DNA of 64,000 nucleotides from an uncultured virus (IMG/VR IMGVR_UViG_3300009124_000008) (taxonomy: Duplodnaviria; Heunggongvirae; Uroviricota; Caudoviricetes). Of this stretch, positions 13,693-25,294 are shown piece after piece. The stretch lies in IMG/VR virus record IMGVR_UViG_3300009124_000008. One strand, written 5' to 3'. Both the position numbers and the translations under genes were made by a program. The number at the start of each line of letters is the position of its first letter. The first letter of the stretch is position 1. A model generated the notes under the pieces. The model was not told the DNA's origin. It worked only from the letters and a program-made list of their open reading frames with translations, and ran no database searches.

Positions 13693-15489
13693 ATGCCTTC
13701 ATACGTACAAGTCGCTAATTTAGACTTTCAAGACATCAAAACTGCTCTCAAAGATTATCTAAGGGCACAATCAGACTTTACTTCATATGATTTTGAAGGA
13801 TCAGCGATGAATGTCCTGCTGGACGTTCTTGCTTATAATACTTACTATACAGCGTTTAACGCTAACATGGTAGTTAATGAGTTGTTTCTTGACTCTGCTA
13901 CCCTTCGTGATAACGTCGTAGCACTTGCTAAACAGTTAGGATACAAACCCAAGTCAAAAACCGCCCCTAAGGCAAAGATTACCTTTGAGGTAGATTATCC
14001 CCAAAGTGCTCCCGAAACCGCCGTACTGAGGAAGGGAACAGGGTTTACGACAGTATTTGATGACACTCTCTATACATACGTCGCTATTGAGGATCAAACG
14101 GCACCTGTAGAGAATGGCACTGCTTATTTTAATGATATTGAAATTTACGAAGGCACATTAATTACAAATAACTTTCTTGTAACGACAGACAGACCACAAA
14201 GATTTATCTTACAAAATAGTGGCGTCGATATTGATTCAATTAGAGTAAAAGTTTACAATAGCACCCAATCGACAGCTTTTTCTTGGTATGAGTATGCCGA
14301 CAATATTCTTAATGTAGAACCAAACTCCAAAGCATTCTTTTTAGAAGAAATTGAAGATGAACGCTACGAATTATTCTTTGGTGATGGTGTTCTTGGAAGA
14401 AAGTTAGAGAACGGCGAAAAAATTGAAGTATCGTATCTTGTTACTAATGGTGAAGACACCAATGGTGCTAGGAATTTCACTTACAATGGTGTTTTACAAG
14501 ATTTATTTGGTGGCACTGGATATCCCACTGTTGTTTCTATTACTAGCACCGAACCTTCAAATGGTGGTGCTGGAATTGAAAGCATTTCTAAGATTAAATT
14601 TAATGCTCCTAAGTTTTTTGCCACTCAGGACAGAGCGGTAACTGCTGCTGACTATGGTGCTATTATCAGAAACTTGTATCCTGCTATTTCCGACATAATT
14701 ACATTTGGCGGGGAAGAGGATGAACCACCCGAGTATGGCAAAGTAAAAATTGTTGTCAAACCAGAGAACGCTGCTACTTTATCTACAACAACTAAGAGAG
14801 ATTTAACAGCAAAACTTAAGAAGTACATGGTTGCTTCGGTAACACCAGAGATTGTTGATCCATCTATTCTTTATGTTGAGGTTACCAGTCAAATTTATTA
14901 CTCACTAACAAAAACGACTCAAAGACCTGAGCAAATTAAAGCAAAGGTTGTCACATCTGTGGAAAACTATTTGAAACAGGCAGATGTAGAGCAGTTTAAT
15001 GGTAAATTTAGATACAGTAAATTTGTATCTACAATCGATAATGCTGATGCCAGTATTAGTTCTAATACTAGTAGTATTACATTGAGAAAAGATTTCGTTC
15101 CACAAATTAATTCAACTTCATATTATGAGTTGTGTTATCAGAACATTTTTGACAAGGACTGTGAGGGATCGACCGTTGCTTCAACTGGGTTTAAGGTATC
15201 TGAGTTCCCAACGTACACAGTGTATTTTGAGGATAGAGATGGCGTAATCGTCCTATATAGAATAGACAATTTGACAGGCGAAAAGATCACACTTAACGAC
15301 TCTTTGGGTACAGTAGATTATGAAAAAGGCGAAATTAAGTTATACGATTTAACTATCGTTCAAGGTAGTTTTGGTGATAATAAGATTGAAGTTCGTGTAA
15401 GACCCAAAAACTTAGATATTGTTGCTTTGAGAGAAGTGTATCTAGATGTTGATTTGACTAAGAGTAAGTTCACGGCATACCCAGAGTAA
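13693..15489 (+). CDS. gp6: baseplate wedge subunit gp6
   Basis: LDFQDIK, YDFEGS, LLDVLAYNTYY, QDRAVTAADY. Confidence 0.95.
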   Translation: MPSYVQVANLDFQDIKTALKDYLRAQSDFTSYDFEGSAMNVLLDVLAYNTYYTAFNANMVVNELFLDSATLRDNVVALAKQLGYKPKSKTAPKAKITFEVDYPQSAPETAVLRKGTGFTTVFDDTLYTYVAIEDQTAPVENGTAYFNDIEIYEGTLITNNFLVTTDRPQRFILQNSGVDIDSIRVKVYNSTQSTAFSWYEYADNILNVEPNSKAFFLEEIEDERYELFFGDGVLGRKLENGEKIEVSYLVTNGEDTNGARNFTYNGVLQDLFGGTGYPTVVSITSTEPSNGGAGIESISKIKFNAPKFFATQDRAVTAADYGAIIRNLYPAISDIITFGGEEDEPPEYGKVKIVVKPENAATLSTTTKRDLTAKLKKYMVASVTPEIVDPSILYVEVTSQIYYSLTKTTQRPEQIKAKVVTSVENYLKQADVEQFNGKFRYSKFVSTIDNADASISSNTSSITLRKDFVPQINSTSYYELCYQNIFDKDCEGSTVASTGFKVSEFPTYTVYFEDRDGVIVLYRIDNLTGEKITLNDSLGTVDYEKGEIKLYDLTIVQGSFGDNKIEVRVRPKNLDIVALREVYLDVDLTKSKFTAYPE

Positions 15490-15493
15490 TTAG

Positions 15494-18400
15494 ATGGCTC
15501 CTAAGAAGAGAAGATTATCATCCCTAGTTGAGTCACAACTCCCAGGGTTTATCCGATACGAGTATGAAAATTTCTCTAAGTTCGTGGAAAAATACTACGA
15601 GCAACAGGAGTCTGTTGGTCAGCCAATTGACATCATTTCTAATCTTGGTAAGTATAGAGATATTGATACTTATGAGAAGCATCTTCTTGAGCAATCATCC
15701 ACGCTTGTAAGTAATATTGCTGCCGACTCTACTACATTTGAAATAGCAAATGCAGCATCATTTCCAGAAGAGAATGGTTATATTAAAATTGGCGACGAAA
15801 TTTTATTCTATCAATCCAGAACTGGAAATGTCCTAGAAGAGGTTTCTAGAGGTGTTAGTGGTAATACTACCCTAGGAGATCTATATCATTCATCTACGTT
15901 TGTTACAACGGCAGCTGCCCCTCACTATCAAAGTGATGTTGTATATAACGTAAGTAATCTATTTTTGTATGCTCTCGTAAAAGAGTTTGAAAAAACTTAT
16001 CTTTCTTCATTCCCAGAAGCGTATCTCAAAGATGAAGTAGATAAAAGAATTCTTATTAAGAATATCACCAAGTTCTATAAGAGCAAAGGTACTGATAGGT
16101 CTGTTAAATTTATTTTTAACTCTATTATCAACAAAGACCCTGATGATATTCCTGTAGTTGTCAGTCCAAAAGAATCTACTCTAAAAGCTTCTACATCTGA
16201 TTGGTCTCAAGATTATTATCTTGCTGTAAAAATTGTTAATGGCAATGCCGAAGATTTAATTGGTCAAGTTATTACCCAGAATTTAGATCCTTTTAATTCT
16301 AATATTACTTTTGCTTCGGGTGTTGTTGACAACGTAACTTATGTCGGTAACGACGAGTTTGACGGATACTACAAAGTTATTCTAGAGAAATCATCCGTAA
16401 ATGGCGAGTTTGCTGTTGCTGGAAGAACCAAGACGTTAGTTGGATTAACTGCTCAAGCAACCACTGATGATAGAATTACTGTAAAGTCAACAATGGGATT
16501 CCCTCGAAGTGGAAAACTATTGATTGGTGATGAAGTAATTATTTACAAGGACAAAACAGTAAATCAATTTATTATTGGTGAAAGAATTGGACCAATCCGT
16601 AATCACAATGCTGATAAAAACGTATACACATATGTTGACATCACTAGTTCTGATGTACGACTGATTTCTCTTGGAATGATTTACAATTTGTCTCCAGTTG
16701 TTTCTGCTCCTTATTCTTCTTCTGGAGAACGTGTTCAAATTTCACAACCTGGATTTGAAACTTTAGATCCAATTATTTACGATCTAGAGAACAAGAAAAA
16801 TAGGTGGTTGGTAAACACTGCTGGTTCTTTTGCTACCGTCAAAACAGTTACTCAGAATTTTACGTCCGATGTATCTGCCCTTTTTGAAGATGAACAGTAT
16901 TATTATGTTGCTTCCTCATCACTTCCATCACAAGATGTTTTAACAAATACCTCATATTCCGAAGTATTATCTGATCAGAAAAATTTAAAAATTATCAGAA
17001 AGAGACCATCAACTACTACTGAGGTGTATAAAACTACCAACAGAGATGTTGGCGTGTTTATTGATGGTGTTCCTGCTATTGGTTATAAAGATACCGAGTT
17101 TTTGAAGTATGGAGAAATCGTATCGGTAACAGTAACTAATAAAGGTAACTCATATGCTGCTGCTCCTTATGTCCTTATTAATGAAAGAACTAATCTAGCA
17201 AGATGTACATTATCTGGATCTACCGTCGATCAAATTGAAATTTTAACAAATGAAGTATTTGACGAAGATCCTACGATTAGAATCACATCTGGTGAAGGAG
17301 CTATCTTGAAAGCAGTAGTGACAAAAGGTGTCATTACTAGTATGGATGTTATTAATCCAGGTAGATACTATTCATCACCACCTAATATTAGAATTATTGA
17401 CAATCTAGGGAAGGGTGCTTTTGCTGAATATGAAGCAATTTTAACTCCAGATGGAAAACTCGATGGAGCTCGTAAAATTAGTGGTGGTAGATTCTACACT
17501 TCTGGACAAGTTAATGTAGTAGTAGAAGCAGTTGGAAGAAATGCTACTGGAGTATGTGAAATCAAGAAATGGGTTTATGATAGGTATAACAGATATAAGA
17601 ATAATCTAGATTCAAACAATGGTACTATTTTACCAAACTACAATCCTGGAAAGGGATTTGGATATGCTTATCTCGCTAACCCTGATAAGTTAAGAGAAAG
17701 AGCATATAGCAGTCCGTTAGAATATAGTCAGAACAAAGCGAATGCTACTAAGAAACATTCACCAATTTTAGGTTTTGCCTATGATGGCAATCCTATCTAT
17801 GGTCCATATGGTTACAGTGTTCCTACTAATAGTGCTTCTACTGTACAAAGACTGAGTACAGGATATAAAATTAATGGCAGTAGACCGAAAGGTCCTGATA
17901 CTGGAAGGTATCCACTGGGAACTTTTATTGACGATTATACTTGGACTCCTAGTATTAATTCTGGCAAGACTGAACTGGATCAAAATAATGGAAGATATTG
18001 TGTGACACCTGAATATCCAAACGGAACATATGCTTATTTTATCACTATCGACGATAATGAAGTTCCACAGTTTCCATATATTCTAGGTGACAACTTTTAT
18101 TCTCTACCAGTAGATTCTAACTACAATTCAAATATTTCACAAGATGATATTCCTTTCGGAGTAAAATCTTTGAGAACCACAACATCAGAACAAAATGGTG
18201 GAGGATTTTTTGGTTCTATTAAAGATGTCAAGAGTGGTAATATATCTTCTGCTTATATTGAAACCACTAGGGATTACTTCTCTCCTGGAGGAGATGTATA
18301 CATCAATAATGATGGTACTGGTGGATTTGGTGCTGTAGTAAAAGTAGATGAAGTTACTGGCAAGACCGTTCAATCTATTGAATCCCAAGAAACTAAAGCA

Positions 18401-21400
18401 GTTAAAATTAGCACAGTTCAACCAGCATACTTTTTTAAGGGAGATGAGATTATTCAGGTTGATTCTGAAGGAAATAGTTTTGTTGGTGGAGAAGTTATTG
18501 GCGATGTTATTAACGAAAATACTTTTGTTTTAAGGAATGTCTCTGGAGCTAGTGATTTTAAGATTGAAGATGGTTCTACTATTCAGTCAGAAACTTTAGT
18601 CCAAAGAGTAGTATTAGATATTGATGCTAGCTTCACTATTGGTTCTACAATTAGATTGACGAATGATGATGATGAGGATGTAGCAACTGGTTTGATTTTA
18701 GAAACTACAACCAGACAAAATTCACTCACCATTAAGGTTGACGATATCACTAAACCTTTTTATGCTACTACCGATTATTATTTACGTAGTTCTACACTAA
18801 GTGATACTAATAGAGCAGAAATTATTTCTGTAAATTCGTTAAGTAGTGGTTTAGAACCATTTGAAATTGATGATAACATTGCTATTGTTAAAACTGATGG
18901 TGATCACAATCTAGGAATTAATGATAAAGTTAACATTAGTATTATTCCAAGTGATGCTACTACCACTACAACATATTATGTCAGAAAGAGATTGTACCAA
19001 AGAGCATCAGTTCTTGCTCCGTCACATAGTTCAGTTGTAGAAGATAAAGGTCTTGGTAGTTTTGATATTTTAAATACTGGTTTAGAGTATACATCAAGTA
19101 TATACGAAGATGTAGAACTTATTTTCCAAGATTCAAATTTAGCACGTCCTAACATTGGTAAATTGGGTGATTCTGGAAATGCTAGAGCAACTGTTGTTGT
19201 TTCCAGTCCTGGTGGTCTTGGGTCTGGTACAGTTTCGTCTATTATAATTACCAATAAAGGATCTGGATATAGAACTGGCGATATTCTTACTATTAGAGAT
19301 AGTGATCTCAGCAGAGCTGCTAACGCAGCATCAACTCAAAGGCTTACTTTACAAGTAGATCATGCTGGATTTGCTTCTTCTAACACAACATTATACGTTT
19401 CTAATGTAAATAACCTTTCACAAAATGATTTGATTAAGATTGGTCCAGAAATCCTCAAGATTACTAGAGTTGATACTCAAACAAAGACTGTTACTGTCGA
19501 GAGAGGACAAGAAGGTACTGTACCTACAAATCACTATGATAGAGCACCTGTATCTTTAGTTAATCCTTATTATAGATTTGATGATAACTTCCGTCCTTTT
19601 GGTGATGGTATTACTAAACCTTATTTGTTAGATTACAATCAAGATAATCAAGAAATCTTTGTTGGGTATGACTATAATGTAGCAAATCCACAGAAAATTG
19701 CTCAAAGCACTAGCTTCTTTGACAATAGTGTTCCCAGAAAACTTGTACAAATGAGATCTGTACAAGATGCTGCTTATAATTTAGAGTTTTCGACAGATAA
19801 TACAAACTTTGAAGTAAACCCCATTATCAATATTCAAAAGTATTACAGATATACCTTTGATGTTTCACATGTGTCTATGGCAGACACGTATCTAGATTTT
19901 TCTGCTAGTGCTAACTATAATATCTTTACAGAAGAAAAAGAAGTTAGTAATATTTCTCCAGGAAGTGCTGGATCTTTTGTTAGTATTAAATTAGGATTTG
20001 GTCCAGCTATTTCTAACAACAACTTCCAAAATCAACAACCGATTAACTATCAAAACTATTTTTACTTTATTAAAGTTTCTCCCGATGTGGATACAAGCAA
20101 TTCTTATTTAAGAATTATCAACGATCCATTAACATCTATAAACACTGTAAATTATGTTACTTCTGATAGATTTGTTTATTCTATGGCAGAAATCCCTGCC
20201 TATGATGGATCTGGAGATATTTCATACACAACTACATCTAGGGAAGCAATTGGTGGACTGACCAACATTAAAATTGTCAATACAGGAGAAAATTACAATC
20301 TTCTCCCAACAGTTAAAGGTATCTCATTGTCTTCTGAATATGAAGCAAATGTTGAACCATTTTATGATGAAATTGGTCAAGTTGTAACTGGATTTAATAT
20401 CATTGATAGTGGTAGTAATTATTCAAAACCTGTACTAATCGTTACTGATGGCGATGGTTCTGGGTATGAATATGAATGTGATGTTCAGTTTGGTAGAGTC
20501 TCTACAATTAGAATTTTATCGAAAGGTGAAGGATTTACATATAAACCATCTGTGAGAATTGTTGAATCGGATGTTAAAGTTTACTTAGAATCTAATAATA
20601 TTGGATTGCCGAAGAATATTCAAATCAGCGGTCCAGGTAGAGGATTTAATGCTGACAAGTCTTTATTAAGCACTTATAAGTCACCAACTACATTTGTACT
20701 GAGAAGTATTTCTGACAAGTTCTTCTTTGGTGAAAAAATTATACAAGATGCTACTGGCGCTACTGCTATTGTATCTGAGAATGGATACAGAGAAGGAAGT
20801 AACTTATTAAAAGTAAATTCTTTGAGTGGTGTATTTAAGAACGGAGAAGAAATCAAGAGTGCTATTGGTTCTAGAACAGCAACTCTATACGCTCAACTCT
20901 CAACAGAATTTGATCCAGAAATAAAATCATACGTTGATAATTTTGGTTTCTATACATCAGATAGAGGTAAACTAAGCAACAACAATCAAAGATTACAAGA
21001 TTCCTATTTCTATCAAGATTACTCATATGTTTTAAAATCTAAAACATCTATTGAAGTATGGAGAGATCTGATTAAAGAAACGACTCACCCAGCTGGATTC
21101 CAGTTATTTGGTGAGATGGTTATTGATAGTAAGGCAGAAGCACCAATGCCTACTTCACAACCTACTTTAAATTATGTTAGTGTAATTGAGTTACCTACGG
21201 TACAGATAACATCTCTATCATCTTCTAGAGTAATCACAGTAATTCAAGAGAAGTTTGAAAACACTATTATTGAAGATGGTGTTGGATCTGTTTCTGTAGA
21301 TACTTTCGACACCACAGAAACTAACACTTATAATGTGTCATTAACACCAGCATTTGATGGTAGATTTGATCCCAATACTGGACAAGTCATTGGTACTAAG

Positions 21401-24400
21401 ACATTTACCATGGTTGACCAGACATCTGGAAATGCTTTAACATTGTCTAGAAATGAACAACTATTTGTCACATTAGATAGTGTTATTCAAGAACCAGGAG
21501 TTTCTTACACCATCAGTGGATCTTCAATTACATTTGCTCAAGCACCTTTTGGTGATAGAGTAATTGAGGGTCAAGATGTTTATGCTGTTAAGTTTTTCGG
21601 TAGGGCAATTAAATTCAAGAACCCAACCTTAAACACTAGGTATTTCAGAAAACTCCAAAGCATTGCTAATCAGTTTGATGGCGTACAATTTGAATTTGAT
21701 CTCTATTGGGAAGACGGCACTATTGTAAAGACTGACCCAAGTGAAAATCTTATTGTAGCATTGAATGGTGTTGTCCAAAAAGCAAGAAGTAATGAAACTG
21801 AACCATTCGGAAACTCATATTCTATTATTAGAGATGAAGACTCTAGTGTAGCCGATAAGATTAGGTTCTCCAAACCACCAATCGACAACGAAGATCTTTA
21901 TGGTCCTCCAGAAGAATTACCAGAGGAACTCAAAGCGTATGAAAAGTGTTTCATCTACAGTATTGGTAGTTATCAGCGTCTAAAAATTAATTCAAGACTT
22001 TATGAGTATAGATTTGGTGGTCCTTATCTAATTCAAGATGAAATTACTAATGAAATTAGAAAGGTTGATGATCCTTCATATGCCTTAGTATTCATCGACG
22101 GCGTTTTACAACAAGAAGGAAAATCCTATCAAATTGTAGGACCAAACATTACTTTCACAGAACCACTTAAGTCATATGAAGATGCTACTGGTCTTAGAGT
22201 CACTCAAGATGTAAATATCATTCTGATGTATGGTAGAGATGTTCCAAGAACTCTCACTTTCTATGAATTTGAACCTAATGCTTTTAACAATGTTTTAAGA
22301 GTAACTTTATCTGGAACAGATGTTTCTCAAAATCTACTTGATGAATACGACATTAAAGAATCAAACCAGAGAGTATATTTTACTCAAGGTTCTACTCTAG
22401 TTGGCAAGATTGCTAGTTATTCGGTTCAAAGTGCTGATGAAATTATTATCAACTTTGTTAATCCACTGAATGTCGAGTTAGATTCTGATACTCCTCTTAC
22501 AATTAATGATTTAGATCATTTTGGTGTGGGAAATTATTACTCTACCGATATTTTAGGAACTTATACTGTAAGTTATGAGTATAAGAAGGACGAAGATGGT
22601 GATAGAGTTCTAGAAAGATATGTACCTCAGTGGTTGTATGGATTAGTAGCTGGCAACCGAGCATGGAATAATAGAAATTCTATGTTTGCCAACTTGATTC
22701 CTGGTGATAAAATTTTAATCGATGGAGAATCTAAGTACCGTACTGTAACTGCCACGCCAGATACAGCCAAGGCAATGAACTATAGAGATGGCGATCTAGT
22801 TCAAACCGCCATTTATGCTAAGGCAAACGTAACTGATTATAATGGAGACACTCAAGGTGTTGGTTTAAGTTTGACCGCTAATATTAGTGGTGGTGCTGTT
22901 CAAACCTTAAATATTGCTGATGTTGAGTGGAACCAACGTGACCTACAACTATATTTTGAGCAAGATATTCTTCTACAACCCACTGCTTACGAATATTACA
23001 CAACTCCAGAAGTTCACTTTATTCCTGTAGATGGAAATGGTGGTGGTGCCAAGGCAGAGGTTATTGCTTATGGTGGTCAGATTCTTGATGTTGTATTAAC
23101 TGAAGGTGGTAGTGGTTACACACAACCACCAAAAGTAGTTGTAGCAAGGCGTTTCAAGAGAATCAAAGAAAATGCTCGTAAAGTTGATACTTTAATTAAA
23201 CTTGGAGTACAAAGTGTTAAAGGAGTAGGATCTCCAATTAGTTCTGTATCTGAGGTTATTCTCTTTGGCGATGGAGAGAGCAGTGCCATCTTCTCTTTAA
23301 TTACTTTTGGTGCTGTTGGATCAGTTTTTGTTAATGAAGAAGATCGTAAAATTACTTCCGAAGTTCACACCTTAGCAGGTGAAGAACGTCAGGCAACAAT
23401 GCCTCAACAGGCTGCTCCTACAGAACTTAAGGCAAGTCCAAGGATCTTTAGATTGCCGACTGTTAATTATAATGTTGATAGAGTTATTACCCAGGTTGTT
23501 GGTGGTGTTTCTGGATTTGAAATTGATAATTCTATTAAGACTATTGAGGTAGATCAGTTAACAGCAATCATCCAGATTCCAGCTAGAAAAGCATTTGTTC
23601 CAAAAGGACTACCTTCTTTGAATGGTTATGGAACATTCTTGGATGCTCCATTGGCAGAAGTTATCAATGCTCCTGATAACTACCGAGAAATTGTATACGT
23701 AGCAAACACTAATAGATTCCCAGACACTCCAAGTAGATTACGTATTGGTAGAGAACTTCTATTCTATAGAGAGAAACAAGAAGATAGATTCCTTGGGGTT
23801 AGCAGAGGTTGGTTAGGTACAGCAGCTGATGCTCATAATGCTGGTGATCTAGTTCTTCATGAACCAGAATTTGTCACTCTACTTTCTGGTGGTGTCACTG
23901 AGATTCACACTGAAGTCAGTGTTTCTTCTGCCTCTACTGCCAGAAGAGAATCTAAGTTTACTATTCAATCTATCAGTGATGTTCAGATTGTTGAAGAAGA
24001 ATCTCATGTAAATCAAATTGAAAATGAATTCCAAATCGAAGTTGATCAATTTGAACCAGATGTAATTGAACAGATTACAATCATTCCTCCTACATCATAT
24101 AATATCATTACCAGTGTACATTCTACTACTTCTAGAATTAGTTTTGCCGATGTAACTCCTAGAGATATATCTGGATTTGTTAATGCCGAAGTTGTTACAA
24201 TTGAAGAAACAACTCTCCAATTAACACAAGAAGATAATATTCTCATCAAACCACTTTCTAAGATTGAATCTATTTCTATTGGTTCGATTGCTGCTACAGC
24301 ATCTTCTACATCTCAAGTTGTTACTACTTCTTATAATGACACGTCTACTTTAATTGGTCTTAATGTTGAAGTACTCAATACAATAAAGACTATATCTTCT

Positions 24401-25246
24401 CCTCTTGTTGACCCAATTAATATTGAGGTCAATTCATTGCCAACGACTTCTATTGTGACAACAATTACAGATCATCAATTGGATCTTACTTCAATTGCTG
24501 AAATGAACGTTCTTACAGAACAGCAAGTATTACGTCGTTCAATTGAAATTACTACAAGTATACAAGATGTTGACACATTTGTAACTACATTTAGTTTGAT
24601 TGTTGGTTCTAGAGCAGATGGCGTTGGTGGATCTTCTGTTCAAGTTCCTTACAAATTTGCTGTTATTGATTTTATCATTGAAGAAAATGTTCTTGAAACT
24701 ACTATTGAGCAAAGAAATGGTAATACAGTATTCCTAGCAGATCCATATAATGAAGTTGTTTATAGAGATGGATCTACATTTATTGTAGAGAACAGATCAC
24801 AAAAACAACCACCAGGATTTGAAGAATACACGTTGGGTAATGTTGGTCTCACGTTAGGAGCATTCGAAACTAATGCTTTGATTGATTCTGGTATTAGTTC
24901 TGGATTAACAATTGGAGATCTAGATGCCATTTACCCAACATTAAGTATCCGTGATTTCGAATTTAGAGAGCAATCTGCTTTAATTGCTAATGGTGATAGA
25001 TTTAATCTTGCCATCCCATCGTATCAGCAACCTGTTGCTTTATCACAAGTGTCTGGTGCTGTACCAGCATCTATCACCGTATTGAGTACAGAATACTTTG
25101 CTGATTCTGGTTATCTATATACAAGAGGAGGAACAGTGGTACAGTATACCGCTAAAACCCCCACATCATTTGAAGGTTGTACGGTCTTCCGAGGAACAAA
25201 CAGCATTACGGTTGGGGACGATATCATTCCGTTCTCTGTCGTATAA
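15494..25246 (+). CDS. gp7: baseplate wedge initiator gp7 (cyanophage large form)
   Basis: SQLPGFI, FY.SKGT, LQDSYFYQDYSYVLKS, HPAGFQLFGE; lies between gp6 and gp8. Confidence 0.85.
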   Translation: MAPKKRRLSSLVESQLPGFIRYEYENFSKFVEKYYEQQESVGQPIDIISNLGKYRDIDTYEKHLLEQSSTLVSNIAADSTTFEIANAASFPEENGYIKIGDEILFYQSRTGNVLEEVSRGVSGNTTLGDLYHSSTFVTTAAAPHYQSDVVYNVSNLFLYALVKEFEKTYLSSFPEAYLKDEVDKRILIKNITKFYKSKGTDRSVKFIFNSIINKDPDDIPVVVSPKESTLKASTSDWSQDYYLAVKIVNGNAEDLIGQVITQNLDPFNSNITFASGVVDNVTYVGNDEFDGYYKVILEKSSVNGEFAVAGRTKTLVGLTAQATTDDRITVKSTMGFPRSGKLLIGDEVIIYKDKTVNQFIIGERIGPIRNHNADKNVYTYVDITSSDVRLISLGMIYNLSPVVSAPYSSSGERVQISQPGFETLDPIIYDLENKKNRWLVNTAGSFATVKTVTQNFTSDVSALFEDEQYYYVASSSLPSQDVLTNTSYSEVLSDQKNLKIIRKRPSTTTEVYKTTNRDVGVFIDGVPAIGYKDTEFLKYGEIVSVTVTNKGNSYAAAPYVLINERTNLARCTLSGSTVDQIEILTNEVFDEDPTIRITSGEGAILKAVVTKGVITSMDVINPGRYYSSPPNIRIIDNLGKGAFAEYEAILTPDGKLDGARKISGGRFYTSGQVNVVVEAVGRNATGVCEIKKWVYDRYNRYKNNLDSNNGTILPNYNPGKGFGYAYLANPDKLRERAYSSPLEYSQNKANATKKHSPILGFAYDGNPIYGPYGYSVPTNSASTVQRLSTGYKINGSRPKGPDTGRYPLGTFIDDYTWTPSINSGKTELDQNNGRYCVTPEYPNGTYAYFITIDDNEVPQFPYILGDNFYSLPVDSNYNSNISQDDIPFGVKSLRTTTSEQNGGGFFGSIKDVKSGNISSAYIETTRDYFSPGGDVYINNDGTGGFGAVVKVDEVTGKTVQSIESQETKAVKISTVQPAYFFKGDEIIQVDSEGNSFVGGEVIGDVINENTFVLRNVSGASDFKIEDGSTIQSETLVQRVVLDIDASFTIGSTIRLTNDDDEDVATGLILETTTRQNSLTIKVDDITKPFYATTDYYLRSSTLSDTNRAEIISVNSLSSGLEPFEIDDNIAIVKTDGDHNLGINDKVNISIIPSDATTTTTYYVRKRLYQRASVLAPSHSSVVEDKGLGSFDILNTGLEYTSSIYEDVELIFQDSNLARPNIGKLGDSGNARATVVVSSPGGLGSGTVSSIIITNKGSGYRTGDILTIRDSDLSRAANAASTQRLTLQVDHAGFASSNTTLYVSNVNNLSQNDLIKIGPEILKITRVDTQTKTVTVERGQEGTVPTNHYDRAPVSLVNPYYRFDDNFRPFGDGITKPYLLDYNQDNQEIFVGYDYNVANPQKIAQSTSFFDNSVPRKLVQMRSVQDAAYNLEFSTDNTNFEVNPIINIQKYYRYTFDVSHVSMADTYLDFSASANYNIFTEEKEVSNISPGSAGSFVSIKLGFGPAISNNNFQNQQPINYQNYFYFIKVSPDVDTSNSYLRIINDPLTSINTVNYVTSDRFVYSMAEIPAYDGSGDISYTTTSREAIGGLTNIKIVNTGENYNLLPTVKGISLSSEYEANVEPFYDEIGQVVTGFNIIDSGSNYSKPVLIVTDGDGSGYEYECDVQFGRVSTIRILSKGEGFTYKPSVRIVESDVKVYLESNNIGLPKNIQISGPGRGFNADKSLLSTYKSPTTFVLRSISDKFFFGEKIIQDATGATAIVSENGYREGSNLLKVNSLSGVFKNGEEIKSAIGSRTATLYAQLSTEFDPEIKSYVDNFGFYTSDRGKLSNNNQRLQDSYFYQDYSYVLKSKTSIEVWRDLIKETTHPAGFQLFGEMVIDSKAEAPMPTSQPTLNYVSVIELPTVQITSLSSSRVITVIQEKFENTIIEDGVGSVSVDTFDTTETNTYNVSLTPAFDGRFDPNTGQVIGTKTFTMVDQTSGNALTLSRNEQLFVTLDSVIQEPGVSYTISGSSITFAQAPFGDRVIEGQDVYAVKFFGRAIKFKNPTLNTRYFRKLQSIANQFDGVQFEFDLYWEDGTIVKTDPSENLIVALNGVVQKARSNETEPFGNSYSIIRDEDSSVADKIRFSKPPIDNEDLYGPPEELPEELKAYEKCFIYSIGSYQRLKINSRLYEYRFGGPYLIQDEITNEIRKVDDPSYALVFIDGVLQQEGKSYQIVGPNITFTEPLKSYEDATGLRVTQDVNIILMYGRDVPRTLTFYEFEPNAFNNVLRVTLSGTDVSQNLLDEYDIKESNQRVYFTQGSTLVGKIASYSVQSADEIIINFVNPLNVELDSDTPLTINDLDHFGVGNYYSTDILGTYTVSYEYKKDEDGDRVLERYVPQWLYGLVAGNRAWNNRNSMFANLIPGDKILIDGESKYRTVTATPDTAKAMNYRDGDLVQTAIYAKANVTDYNGDTQGVGLSLTANISGGAVQTLNIADVEWNQRDLQLYFEQDILLQPTAYEYYTTPEVHFIPVDGNGGGAKAEVIAYGGQILDVVLTEGGSGYTQPPKVVVARRFKRIKENARKVDTLIKLGVQSVKGVGSPISSVSEVILFGDGESSAIFSLITFGAVGSVFVNEEDRKITSEVHTLAGEERQATMPQQAAPTELKASPRIFRLPTVNYNVDRVITQVVGGVSGFEIDNSIKTIEVDQLTAIIQIPARKAFVPKGLPSLNGYGTFLDAPLAEVINAPDNYREIVYVANTNRFPDTPSRLRIGRELLFYREKQEDRFLGVSRGWLGTAADAHNAGDLVLHEPEFVTLLSGGVTEIHTEVSVSSASTARRESKFTIQSISDVQIVEEESHVNQIENEFQIEVDQFEPDVIEQITIIPPTSYNIITSVHSTTSRISFADVTPRDISGFVNAEVVTIEETTLQLTQEDNILIKPLSKIESISIGSIAATASSTSQVVTTSYNDTSTLIGLNVEVLNTIKTISSPLVDPINIEVNSLPTTSIVTTITDHQLDLTSIAEMNVLTEQQVLRRSIEITTSIQDVDTFVTTFSLIVGSRADGVGGSSVQVPYKFAVIDFIIEENVLETTIEQRNGNTVFLADPYNEVVYRDGSTFIVENRSQKQPPGFEEYTLGNVGLTLGAFETNALIDSGISSGLTIGDLDAIYPTLSIRDFEFREQSALIANGDRFNLAIPSYQQPVALSQVSGAVPASITVLSTEYFADSGYLYTRGGTVVQYTAKTPTSFEGCTVFRGTNSITVGDDIIPFSVV

Positions 25247-25255
25247 ATATAAATA
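25242..25255 (+). promoter_or_regulatory. late promoter (tandem TATAAATA)
   Basis: TATAAATA at 25242 and 25248. Confidence 0.8.
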
Positions 25256-25294
25256 AATCAGACAAAACGTTCACACCCCCGAGAGAGTTTATCA

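Noticed and set aside
14958..14966. Single TGTGGAAAA in gp6
   Set aside because: Isolated and inside coding sequence; about one chance copy is plausible in 64 kb
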